4,571 nucleotides of DNA from a virus (lineage: Duplodnaviria; Heunggongvirae; Uroviricota; Caudoviricetes). This document shows, in pieces, positions 1-4,571 of the stretch. Position 1 is the stretch's first letter. Every line of letters begins with the position of its first letter. The stretch covers positions 1 to 4,571 of the IMG/VR virus record IMGVR_UViG_2531839233_000005; one strand, 5' to 3'. Below the pieces are notes generated by a model, which saw only the letters and a list, made by a program, of their open reading frames with translations, was not told the origin of the DNA and ran no database searches. Made by a program: the position numbers and the translations under genes.

Positions 1-44
1 GCTGATCCCTGGACGCCTTCCATTCTGATGTTTGACTCGCCCAC
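1..44 (-). CDS. Possible 5' end of first gene of a leftward early operon (partial, runs off window start); product unknown
   Basis: Minus-strand GTG at 44-42 preceded by GAGGA (reverse complement of 52-56) with 7-nt spacing; frame stays open to the window edge (VGESNIRMEGVQGS...). Only 14 codons are visible. Lies downstream of the predicted leftward promoter at 124-153. Confidence 0.25.
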   Translation of the reverse strand, partial: MGESNIRMEGVQGS

Positions 45-123
45 TGAGAAATCCTCTGCTTCCCCTTAACGCCGGGTAGCGGAACTGTTTGCTGAGAACA
101 CCGTGCGGTGTCTTGATGAGTAG

Positions 124-176
124 AATTTAGAATAGCCTAAGAGTTATGGTCAAGCTTTTTGTGTAGAAAAACCTAA
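124..176 (-). promoter_or_regulatory. PL-like leftward promoter with two operator-like palindromes (OL-like)
   Basis: Minus-strand -35 TTGACC (reverse complement of 148-153), 18-nt spacer, -10 TAAATT (reverse complement of 124-129). TTAG-aatagc-CTAA at 127-140 overlaps the -10 and spacer; gTAG-aaaaac-CTAA at 163-176 lies just upstream of the -35. Both share the motif found in the 661-727 operator cluster. Confidence 0.4.
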
Positions 177-251
177 GCTTCTTGATGTAAAAAACACAAG
201 TATTTGAAAGTTTGTGCTTTTTATTACAGAGAGTTGCGAAAAAAAGGGGGG

Positions 252-659
252 TTATTTATTTGCGCTTCTTTTGCGAGCTTTGAGTAGTTCTTCAAAAAGT
301 TTGTTGAAATTCTCAACTCGAGCACGCATCTCTGACAACAGAGCCTTTTGCTCTGACTCAGGCAGTGCGTCGAACAGTTGAAGCAACTCTTTTTGATCTT
401 CTGTCAGATTGACTGGCTGATTATCTGGGATCGGTTCGCCTGGTTGCTTATCTTCATCTCCAAAAAGAAGCCAAGTCGGCGAGCACTGAAGCGCCTGGCT
501 CAGTGCGAATAATCTCTTCCCCGCTGGCTGTGTTTCATCTCTTTCCCATTGAGAAATTGTTACGTGAGCGACTTTGACCAGCTTACCTAATGCGGCCTGA
601 GACAGTTTTAATTTTTTTCGCCTGTATAAGAGGCGAGCACCGAAGGTTTCGTTTTTCAT
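252..659 (-). CDS. dicA: Prophage repressor, DicA-like (XRE-family HTH, CI analogue), 135 aa
   Basis: Complete 135-aa ORF. N-terminal XRE-type HTH (LSQAALGKLVKVAHVTISQWERDETQP). Length and the C-terminal segment (LFALSQALQCSPTWLLFGDEDKQP ... ALPESEQ ... EMRARVENFNKLFEELLKARKR) match what I recall of E. coli Qin DicA. Divergent from a Cro-like gene. No SD upstream of the ATG. Confidence 0.85.
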   Translation of the reverse strand: MKNETFGARLLYRRKKLKLSQAALGKLVKVAHVTISQWERDETQPAGKRLFALSQALQCSPTWLLFGDEDKQPGEPIPDNQPVNLTEDQKELLQLFDALPESEQKALLSEMRARVENFNKLFEELLKARKRSANK

Positions 660-667
660 ATTAGGTA

Positions 668-696
668 ATTCTAATTTTTCTTGACTTAGGTTTCTC
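668..696 (-). promoter_or_regulatory. PRM-like promoter for the repressor gene, probably giving a leaderless or near-leaderless mRNA
   Basis: Minus-strand -10 TAGAAT (reverse complement of 668-673) ends 8 nt before the A of the repressor ATG (659). Weak -35 (GAGAAA, reverse complement of 691-696) at 17-nt spacing. The -10 is overlapped by the operator site at 661-674. No SD for the repressor. Confidence 0.35.
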
Positions 697-709
697 TACG
701 ATCTAGTTT
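681..709 (+). promoter_or_regulatory. PR-like rightward early promoter
   Basis: -35 TTGACT at 681-686, 17-nt spacer, -10 TAGTTT at 704-709 (TA...T conserved). Overlapped by operator sites at 686-699 and 710-727. Drives the Cro-like gene, whose RBS AAGGG (724-728) sits 7 nt before the ATG at 736. Confidence 0.4.
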
Positions 710-735
710 CCTTAGGAAAATCTAAGGGTTTCGAT

Positions 736-963
736 ATGTTGAAAATTGATGCTATAGCGTTTTTTGGCAGCAAAACAAAGCTTGCCAATGTCGCAGGAGT
801 TAGGCTGGCAAGCGTTGCTGCATGGGGGGAACTGGTTCCTGAAGGTCGCGCGATGCGCCTGCAAGAGGCATCCGGCGGGGAACTTCAGTACGACCCCAAA
901 GTTTATGACGAATATCGTAAGGCAAAGCGGGCGGGGCGGTTGAACAATGAAAATCACCACTGA
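736..963 (+). CDS. dicC: Cro-like regulator, DicC/YdaS family, 75 aa
   Basis: Complete 75-aa ORF divergent from the DicA-like repressor. Motifs typical of DicC/YdaS Cro analogues (FGSKTKLA..AGV..ASV..W, then GGELQYDPKVY). The symbol is assigned from synteny and recalled similarity, not from a search. Confidence 0.75.
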   Translation: MLKIDAIAFFGSKTKLANVAGVRLASVAAWGELVPEGRAMRLQEASGGELQYDPKVYDEYRKAKRAGRLNNENHH

Positions 964-1498
964 ACAGGTTTGTGAGGCTCTGGATACCTGGGTATGCCGA
1001 CCAGGAATGACACAGGAGCAGGCGACGATATTAATCACGGAAGCATTCTGGGCTCTGAAAGAACGCCCGAACATCGATGTTCAACGCGTCACGTTTAATG
1101 ATGGCGAGGTTGATCAACGGGCGCTGGGCGTTAACCGGGTGAAGATATTCGAACGCTGGAAAGCTATCGACACCAGAGATAAGCGTGACAAATTCACGGC
1201 GCTGATTCCGGCAATTATGGAGGCTATCCGGATCAGCGATTTCAGATTGTATTGTGAAATTACTGACGGAAAAAGCATTACGTACATGATCGCCGGGTTA
1301 AACAAAGAATATGGCGATGTGGTGGAGTCCGGGCTGCTTTTTGCGGATCCAGTTGTTGTGGAACGTGAGACTGACGAGCTTATAGAAAAAGCTATTGCTT
1401 TCAAGCACGCGTATCGTCAGCAATACCAATATTACTTTGCAGATAAACAAATGTCTGCCAGGGGGGCGTATGAGTATCGATGCACTACGATGGGCTAA
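947..1498 (+). CDS. YdaT-like protein (CII-analogous regulator / 'toxin YdaT' family), 183 aa
   Basis: Complete ORF starting at an ATG that overlaps the dicC-like stop by 17 nt. Sits immediately after the Cro-like gene, as ydaS-ydaT does in Rac and CP-933P. Contains the LIPAI motif and the MKI..E N-terminus I recall from YdaT. Longer than the roughly 140 aa I recall for K-12 YdaT. Confidence 0.55.
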   Translation: MKITTEQVCEALDTWVCRPGMTQEQATILITEAFWALKERPNIDVQRVTFNDGEVDQRALGVNRVKIFERWKAIDTRDKRDKFTALIPAIMEAIRISDFRLYCEITDGKSITYMIAGLNKEYGDVVESGLLFADPVVVERETDELIEKAIAFKHAYRQQYQYYFADKQMSARGAYEYRCTTMG

Positions 1499-2510
1499 AA
1501 AGGTGAAAACCGGCAGTTCATCCAGTAAGTCAGTATTGACCTGGCTTGCTGATATGTGCGGTGCCGATTTGTGTGCATACCCGTCTGTATCTGCACTGGC
1601 AGAAGTAACGGAACTGAACAAAAAGACTGTGCAGGACAGCTTACGACACCTGATGGAGATTGGGTTAATTGTTGATACCGGTGAGAGAAAAGGCAGAACA
1701 AAGCAAATTGTGGTGTACCGACTTATCGGTGTAGAAGAAAGTGTTGCCGAGCCTGAATACACCCAAAAACGGGAGTCTTTAAAGGTGGGTAAAATTGGTG
1801 CTGTTAATAAAAACAGTACCGAAAATGGTTATGTTTCAGCACAAAACAGACCCAAAAACAGAACTCTTAGCTGCATGGAAAATAACCAAAGACACCCAAA
1901 TTTTCCATCAAAGACACCCAAAAACGGATCACGGAACCCAAAGGAACCCAAAGATCTAAACCCCACACATAACGCACGCGAGAGTGCTCCGACCAGTGAG
2001 CAGGAAGTTTTGTCGTTACAGGCAGCCCCCCCTGTATTCCTGTATGGCCTGAGCGAACCCATCGGAAAATTCCCGATGAGCGATAGCTGGTATCCGTCAC
2101 GGGATTTTCGACGACGGGCTGCGTTGTGGGGGATGGCTTTGCCGGAGACAGAATTTACACCTGCTGAACTTGCCGCCTTCCGGGACTACTGGGCAGCGGA
2201 GGGGAAAGTGTTTACGCAGATTCAGTGGGAGCAGAAATTCGCCCGTCACGTAAATCACGTCAGGGCGCAGGTTAAACCAGTCAGCAAAGGGGTAAACCAT
2301 GCAGCAGCACCAGGTGGCACCGCATCACGGGCAGTTCAGGAAATTCGGGCAGCACGTGAGCAGTGGGAACGTGAAAACGGATTTATCAGCAACGGAAACG
2401 GCCTGGAAGCTGTGGGAACTCATGGGGGAGGTTTATTCGAACCGCTGGACCCAGAAGAACGGGGCCGCACCTTCGAAGCTCTGGATTGCCCAGATTGGTG
2501 CGATGACTGA
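1470..2510 (+). CDS. Phage replication initiator (O analogue): N-terminal HTH, low-complexity linker, DnaT-like C-terminal domain; 346 aa
   Basis: ATG at 1470 preceded by a G-rich SD (GGGGGG, 1461-1466); the TTG at 1395 from the ORF track is rejected. N-terminus MSIDALRWAKK...LIVDTGERKGR is typical of prophage initiator wHTH. C-terminal W..PS..F....W..F..W..KF..HV pattern resembles the DnaT ssDNA-binding domain. The linker is encoded by the iteron-like repeats. Confidence 0.8.
   Translation: MSIDALRWAKKVKTGSSSSKSVLTWLADMCGADLCAYPSVSALAEVTELNKKTVQDSLRHLMEIGLIVDTGERKGRTKQIVVYRLIGVEESVAEPEYTQKRESLKVGKIGAVNKNSTENGYVSAQNRPKNRTLSCMENNQRHPNFPSKTPKNGSRNPKEPKDLNPTHNARESAPTSEQEVLSLQAAPPVFLYGLSEPIGKFPMSDSWYPSRDFRRRAALWGMALPETEFTPAELAAFRDYWAAEGKVFTQIQWEQKFARHVNHVRAQVKPVSKGVNHAAAPGGTASRAVQEIRAAREQWERENGFISNGNGLEAVGTHGGGLFEPLDPEERGRTFEALDCPDWCDD
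1757..1953. repeat. Iteron-like direct repeats (candidate replication origin) inside the initiator gene
   Basis: CCCAAA cores at 1762-1767, 1851-1856, 1895-1900, 1917-1922, 1937-1942 and 1947-1952. ACACCCAAAAACGG is repeated exactly at 1759-1772 and 1914-1927. AAGACACCCAAA is repeated at 1889-1900 and 1911-1922. GGAACCCAAA is in tandem at 1933-1952. The four distal cores are spaced about 22, 20 and 10 bp. An AT-rich stretch lies at about 1786-1845. Confidence 0.5.
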
Positions 2511-2964
2511 ACAGCAAATCCGTCTGGTGTGCCGTCAGTGCATGGACCGCTGCCGGGCGGGTGAAACGTGGCCCCCGGACCTGGCTGAGTTTGTTGCGCT
2601 GATTTCGGAGAGTGGGGCAAATCCATTTGGTCTTACGGTGGATGCCGTGATGGAAGAGTACCGGCGCTGGCGCAATGAATCCTGGCGATACGACGGGAGT
2701 GATAAATACCCGTGGCCACAGCCTGTGCTGTACCACATCTGCCTCGAAATGCGTACCAGAGGGATTGAGCGCCAGATGACGCAAGGTGAGTTAAAACGAC
2801 TTGCGGAACGGCAACTGACGAAATGGGCAAAGCATGTTGGTAACGGGATGAGTGTTCCGCCAGTGCGACGACAACTGGAAGGGGCGAAACACCCGCAAGG
2901 GCCAACGCCAATTGAACGGCTGAAACAGGAATACGAACGCCGGAAGGCAGCTGGTTTTATTTGA
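2299..2964 (+). CDS. Replication protein P-like (DnaB helicase loader), 221 aa; start uncertain
   Basis: C-terminal half aligns by eye with lambda P (WPPDLAEFVALI vs LPSPGQFVAWC; YDGSDKYPWPQPVLYHICLEMRTRG..QGELKRLAERQL vs YPDAESYPWKSNAHYWLVTNLYQNMRANALTDAELRRKAADEL). ATG at 2299 has SD AAAGGGG (2286-2292) at 6-nt spacing. Alternative starts are 2422 and 2503; the 2503 ATG nearly abuts the initiator stop at 2508-2510. Confidence 0.7.
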   Translation: MQQHQVAPHHGQFRKFGQHVSSGNVKTDLSATETAWKLWELMGEVYSNRWTQKNGAAPSKLWIAQIGAMTEQQIRLVCRQCMDRCRAGETWPPDLAEFVALISESGANPFGLTVDAVMEEYRRWRNESWRYDGSDKYPWPQPVLYHICLEMRTRGIERQMTQGELKRLAERQLTKWAKHVGNGMSVPPVRRQLEGAKHPQGPTPIERLKQEYERRKAAGFI

Positions 2965-2997
2965 ATCTGAGAAACGATTTTGTCGGAGGAAATATTA

Positions 2998-3714
2998 ATG
3001 GAAACCGTATTTGACGCACTGAAAGCACTGAAAAAAGCCTCTTCACAGGTAGTGGCATCGCGCCTTGGAATTAGTCGTGAAGAGGCTGTCAACGAACTGT
3101 GGAAACTGAAACGCCGTGGAGAAGCGGATAACAAGGGGGCGATATGGTGGCTGACTCAGGCTGGTGAAAGTGAACCGGTGTCACCGGTACCGAAAGTGAC
3201 GGCGCAAATGCTGACAGAGGCGATTGAACAACATGGCCCACAAACGGCGGATGAACTGGCATTGATGTTCGGAATTACCTCCCGCCGGGCGAATTCATCG
3301 CTGGCAATGGCAATCAGCAAAGGGTGTCTGATTCGCGTGAATCAGGATGGTAAATTTCGTTACTGCATACCGGGCGTTGATTTACCGGCAGAGCCGAAAG
3401 CAGCATCCGTAGCTGAAACGGAGGGTAAAGCCCTTCCTCAGCCAGCTGGTGTTGCGTTACCAGTCCAGGAAACGGCTGCACAGGAAGAAATTAAAACAGA
3501 AGCGGTGGAGGACATTGTGAAGTTGCAGCAATCGTTCACTGAAGCGAAAGCAGATGACCTGATTCTACCATCGCTGCATGTGGCTAACCGCGAGCTGCGC
3601 CGGGCGAAAAGTAATGTTCAGAAGTGGGAGCGAGTCTGTGCTGCGCTACGGGAACTGAACAAACACAGGGATATTCTCCGGGATATTACCGCCACCAGAG
3701 AGCAGCAGCGGTGA
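2998..3714 (+). CDS. Hypothetical protein, 238 aa: two predicted winged-helix-like segments, acidic/Pro-Ala linker, charged helical C-terminus
   Basis: ATG at 2998 with SD GGAGGA (2985-2990) at 7-nt spacing; the TTG at 2980 is rejected. Residues about 1-55 and 70-125 look like wHTH units ([19 protein letters not shown]; [29 protein letters not shown]). Stop TGA 3712-3714 overlaps the next start. Confidence 0.75.
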   Translation: METVFDALKALKKASSQVVASRLGISREEAVNELWKLKRRGEADNKGAIWWLTQAGESEPVSPVPKVTAQMLTEAIEQHGPQTADELALMFGITSRRANSSLAMAISKGCLIRVNQDGKFRYCIPGVDLPAEPKAASVAETEGKALPQPAGVALPVQETAAQEEIKTEAVEDIVKLQQSFTEAKADDLILPSLHVANRELRRAKSNVQKWERVCAALRELNKHRDILRDITATREQQR

Positions 3715-4028
3715 GTGGCTGGAAGAAGTGGCGCTGGGCTGAAATCCTGATACTCCGGCAGTGTGCGGGAACGATGAGAGTCGAAAGCATCGGTTATCTG
3801 ATTGGCCGTAGTGAGTCAGCCGTCAGGACGAAAGCGCGGGAACTGGGTATCAGCATGATGTTACGGGGTGATTATCACCAGTCAGCCAAATGTTCACAGC
3901 GTGATATTGAGCTGGCGTGGCAACTGCATCAGCGTGGTGTACCCCGACGGGAAATTGCCGAAAAGTTTGGGATGAAGTTGGGCGCAGTGAATAACTACGT
4001 TTATTTCGACAGGAGGGTTCAGGAGTGA
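3711..4028 (+). CDS. Small dual-HTH DNA-binding protein with GcrA-like N-terminal segment, 105 aa
   Basis: GTG at 3711 overlaps the upstream stop (GTGA), implying translational coupling. [42 protein letters not shown] resembles the GcrA N-terminal HTH pattern (W..E..L......IA..LG.SRNAV.GK..RLGL). A second HTH-like segment is [19 protein letters not shown]. Alternative start ATG 3774. Confidence 0.6.
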   Translation: MSGWKKWRWAEILILRQCAGTMRVESIGYLIGRSESAVRTKARELGISMMLRGDYHQSAKCSQRDIELAWQLHQRGVPRREIAEKFGMKLGAVNNYVYFDRRVQE

Positions 4029-4327
4029 GGGTGAGGGTTTATATCGCCGGTCCGATGACGGGATATGAAAATTTTAACCGCGAGGCATTTCACAAAACGG
4101 AAGAGGTGCTGAAACGGGAAGGGCATACCGTTTTAAACCCGGCAGTACTTCCGGACGGGCTGACTCAGCCACACTACATGGATATTTGCATGGCAATGCT
4201 CCGTTGCGTGGATGCGGTTTACATGCTGAAAGGCTGGCAGCAGTCGGCAGGTGCAGGGGCTGAGCTGGCACTGGAGGAGAAACCGGGCCATGCGGTGATT
4301 TTTCAGGAGGTGGGCAGTGAATATTGA
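4025..4327 (+). CDS. DUF4406-family protein (nucleoside 2-deoxyribosyltransferase-like fold), 100 aa
   Basis: GTG at 4025 overlaps the upstream stop (GTGA), with AGGAGG (4011-4016) 8 nt upstream. N-terminal VYIAGPMTG, then NPA and GW..S.GA..E matching what I recall of DUF4406/NDT-like small phage proteins. Confidence 0.7.
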   Translation: MRVRVYIAGPMTGYENFNREAFHKTEEVLKREGHTVLNPAVLPDGLTQPHYMDICMAMLRCVDAVYMLKGWQQSAGAGAELALEEKPGHAVIFQEVGSEY

Positions 4328-4571
4328 CCCGGCGATAACGATTGATATGGCCCTGAACGCCGGCCTGGCACTTCTTGGTTATTTCTACATTATGTTCTGC
4401 AGCGGACGATGGCTGTCACTGTTGTTCATGAAAAAATGGAATAAACGCCGTAAGCAGGAGCAACGCCAGAAGGCAATGGATGCATTTTTCGAAGCCTTCG
4501 GAATTGACGGCATGGAACCAGGGGATCCAGCTCGCGCAATCAGCAGAGGGGGCGTAGTAATCCTTGTATAC
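4317..4571 (+). CDS. Hypothetical membrane-anchored protein (partial, continues past window end)
   Basis: Absent from the ORF track because it has no stop in the window. GTG at 4317 with strong SD AGGAGG (4305-4310) at 6-nt spacing; overlaps the DUF4406 stop by 11 nt. 85 codons open to the window end. Predicted TM helix (ALNAGLALLGYFYIMFCSGRWLSLLFM) followed by a basic stretch (KKWNKRRKQEQRQK). Confidence 0.5.
   Translation, partial: MNIDPAITIDMALNAGLALLGYFYIMFCSGRWLSLLFMKKWNKRRKQEQRQKAMDAFFEAFGIDGMEPGDPARAISRGGVVILVY

Larger units (their letters stand above)
661..727. promoter_or_regulatory. Tripartite operator cluster (OR-like) in the divergent dicA/dicC intergenic region
   Basis: Three TTAG-N6-CTAA-type palindromes: 661-674 TTAGgtaattCTAA, 686-699 TTAGgtttctCTAc, 710-727 CCTTAGgaaaatCTAAGG (perfect 6-bp arms). 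Centres fall at about 667.5, 692.5 and 718.5, a 25-26 bp spacing. Confidence 0.55.

Noticed and set aside
1-69. Plus-strand open frame ending at TAA 67-69 (possible 3' end of a rightward gene)
   Set aside because: Only 22 codons with no distinguishing features. It conflicts with the minus-strand candidate start at 44, which has an RBS and fits the predicted leftward promoter. Neither can be resolved without upstream sequence.
150-185. Imperfect inverted repeat built around two AAGCTT hexamers (TCAAGCTT ... AAGCTTcTTGA)
   Set aside because: AAGCTT is self-palindromic and the arms are interrupted. It overlaps the predicted -35 and second OL-like site and may simply be part of that operator context.
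195-226. Hairpin CACAA-N11-TTGTG flanked by T-runs on both strands, a possible bidirectional terminator downstream of the repressor gene
   Set aside because: The stem is only 5 bp and AT-rich. It is too weak to call an intrinsic terminator with confidence; it may still act as a pause site.
239-251. A7G6 homopolymer tract immediately after the repressor stop codon
   Set aside because: Non-coding, with no obvious second copy or frame consequence; probably incidental or part of the 3' UTR.
1395-1469. Upstream extension of the initiator ORF to the TTG at 1395 (track start)
   Set aside because: TTG has no RBS and adds a non-protein-like N-terminus (MLSSTRIVSNTNITLQINK). The ATG at 1470 has a G-rich SD and begins a typical initiator N-terminus.
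2980-2997. TTG start at 2980 for the 238-aa protein (track start)
   Set aside because: GGAGGA at 2985-2990 is correctly spaced for the ATG at 2998, and would lie inside the coding sequence if the TTG were used.
712-3134. Minus-strand ORFs from the six-frame track lying antisense to the rightward genes: 712-1074, 1114-1404, 1298-1762, 1495-1701, 1829-2062, 1867-2100, 2097-2300, 2386-2784, 2420-2626, 2535-3134, 2633-2911
   Set aside because: All lie fully inside, and antisense to, plus-strand genes with good starts, RBSs and recognisable protein motifs. Their translations are low-complexity or Cys/Ser/Arg-rich with no RBS context, so they are shadow ORFs.
3624-3710. GTG start at 3624 for the dual-HTH protein (track start), an 88-nt overlap with the upstream gene
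   Set aside because: Weak RBS. The GTG at 3711 overlaps the upstream stop (GTGA) and begins exactly where the GcrA-like motif starts.
4074-4271. Minus-strand 65-aa ORF inside the DUF4406 gene
   Set aside because: Antisense shadow of a gene with a strong motif match; no start context.
1-4571. Screen for tRNA, rRNA, CRISPR repeats, transposase or IS ends, Chi sites and known defence-system signatures (Walker A/B, HEPN, TIR, nuclease motifs)
   Set aside because: None found by eye. The nearest Chi-like strings differ from GCTGGTGG. No regularly spaced repeat-spacer array. No ATPase or nuclease motifs in any called protein.

Overview
The window reads as the immunity/early-replication module of a lambdoid (Qin/Rac-type) enterobacterial prophage, with no RNA genes, CRISPR arrays or transposase seen. 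A DicA-like XRE repressor sits on the minus strand (252-659), flanked on both sides by clusters of a TTAG-N6-CTAA palindromic motif that look like OR- and OL-type operators. Divergent from it, a tightly packed rightward operon runs: Cro-like DicC/YdaS regulator (736-963), YdaT-like protein (947-1498), replication initiator with N-terminal HTH and DnaT-like C-terminus (1470-2510), lambda-P-like helicase loader (2299-2964), then four translationally coupled genes of unknown function (2998 to the window end). The initiator gene carries an array of CCCAAA-core direct repeats in its low-complexity linker, which I interpret as an origin with iterons embedded in the gene, as in lambda O. I see no recognisable defence-system domains; the best candidate for something undescribed is the coupled downstream cassette (tandem-wHTH protein, GcrA-like dual-HTH protein, DUF4406 protein, membrane protein). 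All family assignments rest on recalled motifs and are unverified by search.
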